IMG/VR virus record: IMGVR_UViG_3300003654_000069
Coordinates: 1 to 64,000 of that record
Source of the DNA: a virus
Length of the DNA stretch: 64,000 bases
Reading direction: 5' to 3' (one strand)
Of the stretch, positions 19,367 to 29,922 are shown piece after piece (position 1 is the first letter of the stretch; every line of letters begins with the position of its first letter). A program made the translations under genes and the position numbers. A model generated the notes under the pieces. The model did no database searches. It worked only from the letters and a program-made list of their open reading frames with translations, and was not told the origin of the DNA.

Positions 19367-22300
19367 TATATTTTAGGTTTTGTTGCACAGGTTAATTTAT
19401 CTTTTTTCATTTTTTCTATAATCTGTTGTTCGGTACGTTCACTCTCTTGAGCTTCAGCTCTGGCAACCTTATCAGCTGCGAATGCTGCCAGAGCTGCAAG
19501 ATTATCTTTCATGACCTGGATATCCTCCTCAGATAATGTGATGGGAGCAACTACAGATACTGCAGTGAATGGTTTCAGGAATTTGTCAATCTCAGCTTTA
19601 GTAAAAATAGATATTCCCCTCTTACTTGGAAAGCTTACTTTTATTGTTCCATCCTTTTTCTTTTCGGTAATTATTCCTCTTTCGTTGGTTATTCTACTAA
19701 CTACATATTTTCCTTTTTCATAAGTTGGAACCTTTGAGATTGCAGCTCTTCTCTTATTAAGTAATTCTGTAACCTCTGGTGATGTTATCCCGATCTGCTC
19801 AAGATACCGAGGATTTACTTCCATCAATCTTGTTAGTTCTCTCTCAAAATTTTCAACATTTTCAGTAGCTGCTATATCACTTATAAACCTAGCTCGACCC
19901 TCTTTTACACCAACTTCTTTCTTGGTTACAATATCCTTGAGTGATACTCCGGTAGGAATTTCTGTAACGAAGTTCTCTCCTTTTACCTTAGGTTTATCCT
20001 TGAAAAATCTGGTCTCATCTTCAACTTTCTTTGTGGCAGAAGCCATTGCTTCAGCTGCAGTCTGACCTCTTAACTCAAATGTCTTGGCAAGTTCAACTGT
20101 ATCTTTTGAGAGATATGCCTTATCAGCATGTTCTCTCATGAACCAATTACTTGTAATAACTGTCTTTCCTGCTGCTTTTGCTGCAAATATCTTAATCATT
20201 ACATCCTTAATCATTGCCGAATACTTGACAAAAAGAACCTGACCAGCTTTCTTAGGATCAGTTATTGGCTGGTCATTCATATCAGTAAGAGGAGGTACAT
20301 GTTCAGTCATGAATTTAAACATGATATCATCAGCATCCACTACATTAGCATCAAGAAGATTTGAATAGTCAACTCCTGGAGTTGTATATATAATTTGTGC
20401 CTTGGCAGCAGTTGCAGCTTCACCTGCAGATACCGTACTCGTACCTATACCCATGGTACGGGCATATGTATTCTTTATTTCTTGTCTTCCTGCAGCATTG
20501 AGAGTCTCAGTACCTATACCCGCAAACTTTTTTGTTAGCGTAGGTGGTGCTATTGGGCTAAGTGTGTTATCAGCATATGAAAACCATTTCTTCTGATTCT
20601 GGTCAAATATGTATATAGGCTTGCCTAAGTTGGCTGCCATTTGTACAGTATATGCAGCACCTCCATCAATAATAGGATGAGAAAGAGTATTGGTAACTCC
20701 TGCTACTCCTTTCTTTCCTGGATATACCAGAACTCCGATAGCAAATATTGCATCAGCAGCTTTTACATGAAGATACTCTTTTCTTAGAAGTCTACCTGGA
20801 TGAGTTCTTCCACCAAGTGGCTTTCTATTCAATTGTTTAACTGCTGTCTGATAAGCATCCTCCACTTCGTTTTTATTTTCAGGAGTCATTTCAGGAAGAT
20901 CAAGAGTCTTAACATCATAAACAACTGTTCTACCAACAAGATGTTTACCCTCTTCAGCCCAAGCAGTAGCTGCACCATTAGTATTACCAGTATAAAGGAT
21001 ATGATCAGCTAATCTACGTTTCCTTTCTACAGGTGGTACATCAGTACTAATCGGAAGTTTATTTAGTGCAACAAACTTAGATGTAAGCTTGAGATATTCT
21101 ACCTTTCCCATAACCTTTACTTTTTCAGTAAGAGTTGTTCTTGCATCCTCGAATGTCTTAGTTACGATACCCATTCCCATACCGGTAGCCTTATCAATAA
21201 CTACATATTGCCCGGCATCATTTTTATAAACTGCAAATCCTACACCTTTAAATTCCTGCGCTACCATAGAATCTTTAATAAGAAGATCTTTGGCATAAAC
21301 AAAACCATATCCTTTTTGATTAGATACAGAAACCATTATTCTACGATAACCTCTCTTCCCTTTATTAACATCAGAATCATGAGCAGGCATGTGAACAATT
21401 CCTTTAGGAACACCTGCTGCAGGAGTAACTGGTCCTGCTGCCTTCTCTTTCTTTTCTTTCTTTGCCTGGTCAATTTCTTCCTGGGTTTTCTCCTTTCTGG
21501 CTCTGGTTCTAGGTGCTCCGGGATCTTTCTTCTTCTTTGCTTTTTTAATAGGAATTAACACAGCATCCTTAACTTTGTCAAGTGGAATTACCTCTACTCC
21601 TTTTAGTAATTTTAGTTCAGTAGTTTTTGTATCACCACCTTGATATGCTACTTGTACTGGCATAATACCAAGAGTAGTTACAAATATTGCATTGGTATTG
21701 TTAGCAAGAATTCTATATACAGAAACCTGCTCTTGATGTTTTTGTTTTTTAGATTTACCATATTTTGTACTTTCATATTTATTATTTTTATCACCTTTAT
21801 AATGATCTACAAAATTATTACCTCTCATAGTCTTTGTGTCATAGATACGGAAGATTCCATTATCATCTACAGTAATTAAGTCAATTTCACCAGCTATTCC
21901 TAACTCATCACTAAATACCTTAATACCTTTACCTTCTGGATGACTTATAACACGTTCTCCCCTGGCTTCCATTGCCTCTTTTACTTTCTCGAGTTGTTTT
22001 ATAAAAGCTTCTACTATTTTAATATCATCTGCAATACCATATGAATCAAGAGGTTTTAATGTTCCAGCAAAGAAATCCCGATAAAGATTATCTACTTTCT
22101 TTCCTATAGTAATAGCAGACTTAACTAAGGGTTCCTCTGTATCTATTTCTTCATCTCCTGTATAACTTGTAACTCTGATTAATTTCTTTCTCTGCTCTTC
22201 GGGTAAATGAGCATCTCTCTTATGCATGTAGAACTTTTGATCCTTGGTAAGCTCTAAATCATCACTATTTTTAATAAGTTCTGCTATCTTTTCTTCGATA

Positions 22301-25300
22301 GTCAGTGGAGGACTTATCTTAAATGCTTCTCCACTGACTATCTCAGCAGCCATTCCTGTATCAATATCACCTATCTCACTTGTCATTACATCTTTATACT
22401 CAATTCTTCCTTTTTTTGTTGAATCCTCTGGAACTATCAATTTTAGATAGTCTATTGCTTCACTTTTATTAGAAACATCTACTGCATACTCCTGTTCATT
22501 ATAAGTAAATCGTAAACGATACTCAGTTCCAGCTTTTTCAACATTAGTTACTCTCATCATATAACCAATACGCTTACCACCAACATAGATATCTGTATGA
22601 CCGGTATCAAGAAGAGCATTTAAGTATCTAACTTGGTCACCATAAACACTAAGCTTACTCTGAAAATCACTTAGTCGTTCATTATCAGCGGCCTGTACCT
22701 CTTCATTAATCTCAATCGCATCAATATTGGACAGAACTATAGCTTCTAATGCATCAAACTGGATCTTAAGCTCAGCATAGTCATCAAGAGTTGCCGTATC
22801 AGATTCCAAGGTTGAATTGATAAGAGCTTTGAGTTCAGCAGTTGAAAGATTTTTATAATTATTATCTTTCTGAAACTTACTAAGCCTAGTATCGTTAACC
22901 TCCCATATTTTAATGTAATCCCGAATATAACCTATAGATTTACGGATAATATCCTTAATAATCTTAATGAGTTTCTGAATATGATTCATCTTCCCTTCAA
23001 TTCTCTTAATTCTATGAGTAATGTTTTCTCTATTAATAACAGGCATTAAAGGATCAATCAATAACTTATTATAATAATCAAGCTGATTGGTCATATCAGT
23101 ATGAATAGCTTCCAGTTGCTGAGCTTGATCTTTTAATTCCCGGACTCTATTCTGAATATCATTTAAAAGAACAAACTCTTCATGAACTGCTTCCTTCTGT
23201 GTAACTATTTCCTCAGTTCTTGTTTCTATTCTTTCAGCTGCTGCAATACCTCTTTTTGTCTTAGCGGTTGTGGTTGTACTGATTATGCCTTTAAGTGTAT
23301 TAATTTGATCCTGAATATACTTTATACTCTTAAGAATATAATTAATATCATCCTTACTAAGTTCAATAGTTCCATTAAGAAGTTCATCAAGATAGAGAAG
23401 AGTATCATCTATCCTATCCATGTCAATACCAAGAAGTTCTTTCTGTTTTTCAAGTTCTTCTATCCTCTTGGTAAGAAATGCTACTCCGGCTTGTTTAAGA
23501 GGATTGTTAGCAGCCATAGCTGCCCGTGTAGTAGCTTCTGCTGCAAGTAGACCAGCTGCTTCTGCAGCGGCTCGAGCGGCATCTGAAAATATATCCTCTG
23601 GTGCTTCTGTACGTCCTTTTAGTTTGTTATATTCATCAATAATAATTTTAACTTCAGGTTCCCTTTTCATGAAATCTTGTAAGATATCCTGATTTTCCGG
23701 TGCTAACATATCACCTTCAACCTGGTTCTCCGGAGTTTGTTTTGCATTCCATGCATTGAATGCATCAACTATGAGCTGATATAAATCTTGTGTGGCTTCT
23801 GTATTTCTGATAGCAATAATAGAAGTATCAGTTGTAATCATCTCTTTCTCTCCAATAGGTTCATCTCCTGTCTTCTGTCTTTCAAGGAACTCCTTCAACT
23901 GGGCCAGAACCATCTGAGCAATTTTGTATTTCTCAGAGTTTTTGTCAAGTTCCTTTTCCGAAGCAGTGGCATCCATTAATCTTACATCCATGTCTCCTGT
24001 AAAAAACTTTGGAATATCATCCTTATGAACCAGAACACCCAAATTATGAAGTATCTGGAGAACACCATTTACATCAAGCTTAGTATAGTAAACATTAATG
24101 CCAACTCTAGCAGCTATATCTTTTAATCTATCTTCTTCTTTTAATATTTCTCCATGAATATTGTTTGCATAATTCTCGAAATTAGATGGATCATGTAACC
24201 AGTTTGCAAAACCTGCAAAGCCTGCTCGATCATGTTCAAGTTCTATATAATCTTTGAATTTGGCAAAGGAATCTACTAGATTCTTATCAAGTAGAATTTC
24301 ACCAGCATGAGTAGCTAACAACTTAGCATGTTTGAAATAGGCCTCCTGAAGTTTTTCGTTAATATCATCAAATAAAGGAACATTATCAAATGCCTCAGCC
24401 TGATTTATAGGTTTTGAACGATGTTCTTCAACCTTCTTATTATACTCATCAAGCAAGGTTCTTATTTCATTATGAGAATCTCTTAGCTCTATAGTCTGTT
24501 TAAGATCTTTTTTCTGGTCAGCTGTGTCTCCTCCTAGCTCAATTCTTGCATTCAACTCCTTAATACGACTCATATGCTGCTCCTTATCAAGTATAGAAGT
24601 GAAATCAGTTCCCGCAATCTTAGATGTGCCCATGTTATCCATGAAGGATGAAATTATAGAATGTTGTCTTTTTACAACATCATCAAAAGCATAACCGCCA
24701 TATGCAGCATTCATCTTAGCATTCTCCCATGCATGGTGAGCTATCTCGGCTGCTTTATACTCAGGGGTACCTCGCTTAAATGCAGTCATATCAACAGGAT
24801 TACCCCATCGTGCATCAAATTCATTATACCTATCATGAATATCTTTAGCTCTATCGATTACATCATCAATTCTTTGATGAATAGGCTTATTATCTTTGTT
24901 ACCTGCATAATGTGGATTATTGAATGCCTCCCCTAGTTCTTCTGGCTTAAGTCCCTTTAAATTTTCTAACTCAGTAACAATATGCTCAAAACCACCGTTT
25001 CTAATAACATTATGAAAGTGTGTCCAGTTTGCATCTGTGAGAGCATCTCTTACTCCTTTATAATCATTGGCTCCCTCAGCCATAGTACCATACGTAGCAT
25101 AGTGTTGTTGCTTTACCATATTCTCATCGAGCATACTGAAATACTTTATACCGTGCTTATGAACATAATTGAGAGATGCAAGATAACTATCCACTGATGC
25201 ATTACGAGCAGCTTTATCTGCCTCAAATTGTACTCGATTGGTAGTTGCTTTATATGCTTTAGGAAGAGTATTAAAAAGAATATTCTGAGGAATCTGCAAA

Positions 25301-26970
25301 AAACCTCCCATAAGGAAACCTCCAAGAAATACCTCAAGTCCTTGCTCAGTCATCTGAGCATCCATTCCTTTCTTGAATGATCCCCATATTTGTCTCTTAC
25401 CAGCAAGTGCAGGATCTTCGTAAATATTACGGTAGTAATCTTTAACTCCGACTGCTATAACATCTTGCATACTCTCCTGGAATCCTTCAAAGAAATTAGC
25501 TTTTCCATATCTTAAACCACCTGCAATAATTGCGGTAGGTGACTGTTTCCAATATGCAGCCTTTGTGAACTTCTTGAATCCATCTGCCATTCGTACATAT
25601 CCCTTGGTGGCATCCTTAACAACAGTTTTTCCTGTCTGTCGTGAAAGATTACTAGCTGCTATATTGCCAAACTGGAATCCTTTAAATGCACGACCCAATA
25701 CAATAGAATTAGTAAAATAAATAAATGGCATATTAATAAGAGTCTCCATTTGACCAGCAGTCTGGGCTTTATTATAAATCTTTAATGCAGCATCACCCTC
25801 AGGCATTTTATTATTCTCATTATAATAATCATTAATCCAATCTCGGGTAAGTTCATTAGTTGTAAATCCTCCCTGTAATCTTGACTCTGCAGCTGCTGCA
25901 TTAATCATTCTAAGATCTCTATAAAGAGAACCGGCACCTCTCTGTAATTTGGCAAAATCATTTAGTCTACTGATAGCTGATCCTTCAGTAGCAATACCTC
26001 TTGCAAATGCAGTTGTTTGTTTAAGAGGGTTTAGAAAATGACCAATTCCCCGTACCGAATTCCAAAGATCTCTAGCATCCTTGGGAGTTCTAAGTGTCTT
26101 ATTAATAAGATCATTAGTTCCTGTAAGTCCTTTTACTATTTTGTTCATCATCTGACCACCCATAAGAATATTAGATACTCCCTTAGCTCCCCTGGCCATC
26201 ATCATAGGAAAGGTAGCTCCTGAGCTCATACCTCTCGTAAAAGCTGTAGCCATTAGTAAAACAGCCTCTTCAGCAGCAATTTGACCTATTATACCAACCG
26301 TATATGCGGAATTAGACATGAAATTAATTGCCTTACCACCGAGACCTGGTCTACTTGAAGCAGCAATTCCCATACGTCTTTCCATGCCAGCTGCCATTTC
26401 TCGATCCGGTTCAGCTGTCGGATTAAACCAACCTGTATATAAACTCTTTGCACCAAGACCAGCTAGTCCAGGCCACTGACTTGCCATTCTTTTAAAATCA
26501 TCATACCATGAGCCTTTTTGATTGTAAAGTTTCTCATTATCTCTATATGGAGACCATCCAAGCTTACCATATTGAGGATGCTCATAATACCTATCAAAAT
26601 CAACATCTGCTACTCCAGAGTTAAAAGAATATGCTTTAGCAAATTGATGAGGATCAGCAGCCCAATCAGGATTCTGAATTGTGTTTCTTATTGCATCAGT
26701 AAAACCTTTTGTAGAACTCAATCTTCCTGGTACCGGACCAGTTCCTGAATCACCACCAAGAAAATTGTTAATGGCAAAACTAGAAGGTACTCTTGACTGT
26801 ACCATCTTTAAAGCAGCACTTGCTTTATAAGCATCAGTAAGTCCTCTGGAATCTTCCAATCTTATCTCATTAAGTGATCCTTCGGTATCAATACCAGTAC
26901 TCCTATCAATCTCCCTAAGGTTTTTTACATAGGCAGGATCAGCCAACATTTTTTCCAATGGTGTTGCCAT
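19366..26970 (-). CDS. giant (2534 aa) virion/ejection-type protein with a PD-(D/E)xK nuclease and a SLOG-like domain
   Basis: Uninterrupted 7.6-kb ORF with TAATG overlaps at both ends. The N-terminal third is Gly/Ala/Met-rich and hydrophobic (e.g. FLGGFLMGGFLQIP). It has a long coiled-coil-like middle and a Lys-rich linker (KKAKKKKDPGAPRTRARKEK). Confidence 0.9.
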   Translation of the reverse strand: MATPLEKMLADPAYVKNLREIDRSTGIDTEGSLNEIRLEDSRGLTDAYKASAALKMVQSRVPSSFAINNFLGGDSGTGPVPGRLSSTKGFTDAIRNTIQNPDWAADPHQFAKAYSFNSGVADVDFDRYYEHPQYGKLGWSPYRDNEKLYNQKGSWYDDFKRMASQWPGLAGLGAKSLYTGWFNPTAEPDREMAAGMERRMGIAASSRPGLGGKAINFMSNSAYTVGIIGQIAAEEAVLLMATAFTRGMSSGATFPMMMARGAKGVSNILMGGQMMNKIVKGLTGTNDLINKTLRTPKDARDLWNSVRGIGHFLNPLKQTTAFARGIATEGSAISRLNDFAKLQRGAGSLYRDLRMINAAAAESRLQGGFTTNELTRDWINDYYNENNKMPEGDAALKIYNKAQTAGQMETLINMPFIYFTNSIVLGRAFKGFQFGNIAASNLSRQTGKTVVKDATKGYVRMADGFKKFTKAAYWKQSPTAIIAGGLRYGKANFFEGFQESMQDVIAVGVKDYYRNIYEDPALAGKRQIWGSFKKGMDAQMTEQGLEVFLGGFLMGGFLQIPQNILFNTLPKAYKATTNRVQFEADKAARNASVDSYLASLNYVHKHGIKYFSMLDENMVKQQHYATYGTMAEGANDYKGVRDALTDANWTHFHNVIRNGGFEHIVTELENLKGLKPEELGEAFNNPHYAGNKDNKPIHQRIDDVIDRAKDIHDRYNEFDARWGNPVDMTAFKRGTPEYKAAEIAHHAWENAKMNAAYGGYAFDDVVKRQHSIISSFMDNMGTSKIAGTDFTSILDKEQHMSRIKELNARIELGGDTADQKKDLKQTIELRDSHNEIRTLLDEYNKKVEEHRSKPINQAEAFDNVPLFDDINEKLQEAYFKHAKLLATHAGEILLDKNLVDSFAKFKDYIELEHDRAGFAGFANWLHDPSNFENYANNIHGEILKEEDRLKDIAARVGINVYYTKLDVNGVLQILHNLGVLVHKDDIPKFFTGDMDVRLMDATASEKELDKNSEKYKIAQMVLAQLKEFLERQKTGDEPIGEKEMITTDTSIIAIRNTEATQDLYQLIVDAFNAWNAKQTPENQVEGDMLAPENQDILQDFMKREPEVKIIIDEYNKLKGRTEAPEDIFSDAARAAAEAAGLLAAEATTRAAMAANNPLKQAGVAFLTKRIEELEKQKELLGIDMDRIDDTLLYLDELLNGTIELSKDDINYILKSIKYIQDQINTLKGIISTTTTAKTKRGIAAAERIETRTEEIVTQKEAVHEEFVLLNDIQNRVRELKDQAQQLEAIHTDMTNQLDYYNKLLIDPLMPVINRENITHRIKRIEGKMNHIQKLIKIIKDIIRKSIGYIRDYIKIWEVNDTRLSKFQKDNNYKNLSTAELKALINSTLESDTATLDDYAELKIQFDALEAIVLSNIDAIEINEEVQAADNERLSDFQSKLSVYGDQVRYLNALLDTGHTDIYVGGKRIGYMMRVTNVEKAGTEYRLRFTYNEQEYAVDVSNKSEAIDYLKLIVPEDSTKKGRIEYKDVMTSEIGDIDTGMAAEIVSGEAFKISPPLTIEEKIAELIKNSDDLELTKDQKFYMHKRDAHLPEEQRKKLIRVTSYTGDEEIDTEEPLVKSAITIGKKVDNLYRDFFAGTLKPLDSYGIADDIKIVEAFIKQLEKVKEAMEARGERVISHPEGKGIKVFSDELGIAGEIDLITVDDNGIFRIYDTKTMRGNNFVDHYKGDKNNKYESTKYGKSKKQKHQEQVSVYRILANNTNAIFVTTLGIMPVQVAYQGGDTKTTELKLLKGVEVIPLDKVKDAVLIPIKKAKKKKDPGAPRTRARKEKTQEEIDQAKKEKKEKAAGPVTPAAGVPKGIVHMPAHDSDVNKGKRGYRRIMVSVSNQKGYGFVYAKDLLIKDSMVAQEFKGVGFAVYKNDAGQYVVIDKATGMGMGIVTKTFEDARTTLTEKVKVMGKVEYLKLTSKFVALNKLPISTDVPPVERKRRLADHILYTGNTNGAATAWAEEGKHLVGRTVVYDVKTLDLPEMTPENKNEVEDAYQTAVKQLNRKPLGGRTHPGRLLRKEYLHVKAADAIFAIGVLVYPGKKGVAGVTNTLSHPIIDGGAAYTVQMAANLGKPIYIFDQNQKKWFSYADNTLSPIAPPTLTKKFAGIGTETLNAAGRQEIKNTYARTMGIGTSTVSAGEAATAAKAQIIYTTPGVDYSNLLDANVVDADDIMFKFMTEHVPPLTDMNDQPITDPKKAGQVLFVKYSAMIKDVMIKIFAAKAAGKTVITSNWFMREHADKAYLSKDTVELAKTFELRGQTAAEAMASATKKVEDETRFFKDKPKVKGENFVTEIPTGVSLKDIVTKKEVGVKEGRARFISDIAATENVENFERELTRLMEVNPRYLEQIGITSPEVTELLNKRRAAISKVPTYEKGKYVVSRITNERGIITEKKKDGTIKVSFPSKRGISIFTKAEIDKFLKPFTAVSVVAPITLSEEDIQVMKDNLAALAAFAADKVARAEAQESERTEQQIIEKMKKDKLTCATKPKI
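20585..21018 (-). other. SLOG-like (DprA/YpsA/LOG-type Rossmannoid) domain, residues ~1985-2130
   Basis: ILYTGNTNGAATAWAEEG ... ADAIFAIG ... IDGGAAYTVQMAANLGKPIYIFD. This is the Gly-rich loop, second GG(T/A) loop and terminal 'KP-hydrophobic' strand pattern typical of SLOG domains. Judged by eye only. Confidence 0.4.
21690..22173 (-). other. PD-(D/E)xK (RecB/Cas4-like) nuclease motif set
   Basis: GEIDLITVD (D1697, nt 21880-21882) ... FRIYDTKT (D1711-T-K1713, nt 21832-21840) ... QEQVSVYRIL (QxxxY). Confidence 0.6.
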
Positions 26971-29843
26971 TATTGTGGGATTTGGCTTAAGATCTTTTCT
27001 TTTTCTGCAATAATATTTGGATAAAACTCTTTTAAAAACGTATTGAACTTATCCTCTCCTCTTATATAAGGTTCCATTAAATTGTAATCCTTAATTATAC
27101 CAAAATTGAACTGTTGCAATTTATACAGCTGATTTTTTGTAATCATTTCCCATGTACTAGTATTAATACCTTCTTGAATTCCGAATGATGTAGCAATATT
27201 TTTTATAGCACCATCCTCTACCTCAGAAAAATAACCGTTTACCTGATATCCACCTTGATCACCCTTAACTTTTGCTATAGTAAGAGCACCTCCTCCATAG
27301 GCATAATCATTAATATCTACAGGTCCTCTATTAAGCAAGATATCCATATCAGATGTTCTTGCAGATTCAGCAAATACATTTTTGGCTACATCTTCATGCA
27401 TATATAGAGTTACAGTACCCTCCTGACCAAATAAAATTCCTTTCTTTCCCTTAGAACCTGCAAGATCTTCTTTGTAAGTATTGTCAGGAGTAAGAGTATA
27501 AGCTCTTATATTTCTGTCTCCACCACCAATTTTATGTGATCTAATAGTAACACCAGCAAGTTTATTAGTACCTGCATGCATGTCCGAACGAAAAGCATTA
27601 AGGAGCTCAATAGCTTTATTATCAGAAACCTCATCATTAAAATCAAATTCTTTATCATGTTCTCCCATCTTTGCAATTACTTGACTTGGATTTCCTGCAA
27701 AGTCTTCCAGAACACTAACTAGACCAGTATGCCCAATTGTTCCAGGACTAGTTGCTGTAGCATGTGTAGTTAATGAACGAGATGACATAACACCACCACC
27801 AGCCTCTATCTTGAATGAAGCATTGAATACTTGACCACCAGCATCATTGGAATTATATATCCTAGTCCATTCAGGCATAAGTTCATCATAAGATTTTTTT
27901 GCACCCTCACTTATTTGAGCAGGGATGCGTATACCTTTATCAACTAATGACTGATACTTTTTAGCATATTTTTTACGAAAAGTTTCATATGATATACTAG
28001 GGTCATCACCACTAGCCATAAGATCAGCATCCTTATACTTAAGATTATCACCAACAGTAAGAGGGTAATACGATTTGATATAATCAAATACCTTCTTATT
28101 ATATGCTAATGACATATCTGTTAAGGCTTCCATTACCTTTGTTTTCTGAGTAACATTAAAATCAATTTTTTCAAGATTTGCTTTTACATAATCATCCCCG
28201 ATCCAAGCTTTATTCTTCTCATATGCTGCTTGTACAGTCTTATGCATGGTTTGCCAATAACCGGGTTTCCCTTGACTAAGTATATCAATATCTTTTGTAG
28301 GATCTCCATTTGGGAATAATTCAGCTAACTGTTTTTTTCCAAATGCTTCAGTTCCTGGTGTTTTAGACATTGATAGATATTGTTGATAACTTGCACCTAA
28401 ATAATTAACTGCATGTCCTACAAGATTATCGCTTTCCTCTGTAAGCATTTCTTTATGAACATCTAGTGCTGGGGCATTCTTATCAACATCTGCTGGCTCT
28501 CCTTTAGCACTAGGTATCAATAAATTATCAAGAGGATTGTCAATAATTTCTCCTTTCTTTTTAGCTAGTGTAACCTCATTAGCAAGTCTCATAGCAAGAA
28601 GTCTTACATCATCTTTATATTTAGCATCCATCTCAATCATTCTATATTTATGATCTTCACGCTTAAGAGAAAAAGGATTAGCTTCAACTTTGGTAATACC
28701 ACCATGAGTCAGGGCATACTGTTGAGCAAAATTGGCCATATCAGAACTAAGTTTCATTTGACCAAAAGCTCCATCAACCGTTCTTCTTTTAGAATCAATA
28801 CTAATTTCCTTTTGTTGAGCAGTGGTAATCATAGTTCCAGTATCTTGGTAATGTTTCTGAGCTTTCACATTATCAAGCATATCCTGAAGGACAGCATTAT
28901 TTCTTATTGCAGTTTCAGCAACCTTACTCTCTGGTATCCCTTTCTTTATATCATTTTTGGCCATACCGTCCTTCAGCTTTAGAGTCTCTACAGCTTTATC
29001 AGTTTCTTTCTGATACGCATCATTAATTTTTTTGATTTCAGCAATACTGGTATCAAGATAATCAAGTTCTGCAGCTCTTTCATCACCACCAAACTTCTCA
29101 AGATTAGCATATATATTATTCTTTCTGTTAAGATATCCCTTAACATTATACATCTCAGCTACCTGGGGATTTCCCATCATTGCTGATACAAGATAATTTC
29201 TGAGAGGAGCTTCAAGAGCTTTACCATTTTCCCCGTAAATCATCCAATCACCTTTTGGCTCAAACCACTTAATATCAATCTTCATAGCAGTAGCAATATC
29301 AAGAGCCATCTTAGGAACATCTACACTAGGAACAAATCTGGGATTCTCAAATTTCATTGCGGTCTCATCATCTGATTTTGCAAAATCTGCAATCATATGA
29401 TTAAGATACTCATCACCTTCCTTCCACCATTTTACATCTCCACATTTTTTAGGATCTGTACAATCTCTAAGAGCTTCAGACTTACGTTGTTCTCCACGGG
29501 CTTTCTTAGTCCAGGACATATCCTTCATGATATTTTGATCATCTATCATAGGCTGAAAGATTCTGTATGCTGAATTTACATTATCATCAAGAGAAAGATC
29601 TACAGTAGAAATTCTCTGGATATCCTGTTCAATCTGATTAAAAAAGTAATCTCTTTTCTCCTTATTAGGTTCTCTTAGCATCTCGGAATTAAGAAGAGTT
29701 CCATAAATATTGCTTAACTTATCATGCCCAGCTTTATACTGAGCTTGTTTTTGAGAAAGTACACTCTGATAAAAGTTTAAATCTGGCTGAAAGGGCTGAG
29801 TTTTGGGGATGTAATCGGTTATCTGAGGAATATATGTGGCCAT
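26970..29843 (-). CDS. 957-aa hypothetical virion/internal protein
   Basis: Long ORF. It is the first gene after a promoter-like gap, and its stop overlaps the 2534-aa start. I recognised no motif. It has only 2 Cys. Confidence 0.85.
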   Translation of the reverse strand: MATYIPQITDYIPKTQPFQPDLNFYQSVLSQKQAQYKAGHDKLSNIYGTLLNSEMLREPNKEKRDYFFNQIEQDIQRISTVDLSLDDNVNSAYRIFQPMIDDQNIMKDMSWTKKARGEQRKSEALRDCTDPKKCGDVKWWKEGDEYLNHMIADFAKSDDETAMKFENPRFVPSVDVPKMALDIATAMKIDIKWFEPKGDWMIYGENGKALEAPLRNYLVSAMMGNPQVAEMYNVKGYLNRKNNIYANLEKFGGDERAAELDYLDTSIAEIKKINDAYQKETDKAVETLKLKDGMAKNDIKKGIPESKVAETAIRNNAVLQDMLDNVKAQKHYQDTGTMITTAQQKEISIDSKRRTVDGAFGQMKLSSDMANFAQQYALTHGGITKVEANPFSLKREDHKYRMIEMDAKYKDDVRLLAMRLANEVTLAKKKGEIIDNPLDNLLIPSAKGEPADVDKNAPALDVHKEMLTEESDNLVGHAVNYLGASYQQYLSMSKTPGTEAFGKKQLAELFPNGDPTKDIDILSQGKPGYWQTMHKTVQAAYEKNKAWIGDDYVKANLEKIDFNVTQKTKVMEALTDMSLAYNKKVFDYIKSYYPLTVGDNLKYKDADLMASGDDPSISYETFRKKYAKKYQSLVDKGIRIPAQISEGAKKSYDELMPEWTRIYNSNDAGGQVFNASFKIEAGGGVMSSRSLTTHATATSPGTIGHTGLVSVLEDFAGNPSQVIAKMGEHDKEFDFNDEVSDNKAIELLNAFRSDMHAGTNKLAGVTIRSHKIGGGDRNIRAYTLTPDNTYKEDLAGSKGKKGILFGQEGTVTLYMHEDVAKNVFAESARTSDMDILLNRGPVDINDYAYGGGALTIAKVKGDQGGYQVNGYFSEVEDGAIKNIATSFGIQEGINTSTWEMITKNQLYKLQQFNFGIIKDYNLMEPYIRGEDKFNTFLKEFYPNIIAEKEKILSQIPQ

Positions 29844-29851
29844 AGTGGGTG

Positions 29852-29880
29852 CAAATATAAATTAATATTCTAATATCAAA
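29852..29880 (-). promoter_or_regulatory. candidate Bacteroidota sigma-A type promoter (-33 TTTG / -7 TAnnTTTG)
   Basis: The minus strand reads TTTG (29877-29880), 17 nt, TATATTTG (29852-29859), 8 nt, then the ATG at 29843. It lies in one of the few intergenic gaps (29844-29922). Confidence 0.45.
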
Positions 29881-29922
29881 CTAATTAAGTTTAAAAATCT
29901 TTTTAGTTTAACTTTTTTTAGT

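Noticed and set aside
1615-26748. Dozens of 60-180-aa plus-strand ORFs nested inside the giant minus-strand genes (e.g. 1615-2166, 4821-5300, 12362-12751, 21208-21558, 23182-23692)
   Set aside because: All lie wholly antisense to long uninterrupted ORFs. Their products are Ile/Leu/Phe/Ser/Cys-rich low-complexity strings, typical of shadow frames in AT-rich DNA. None has its own leader or terminator.
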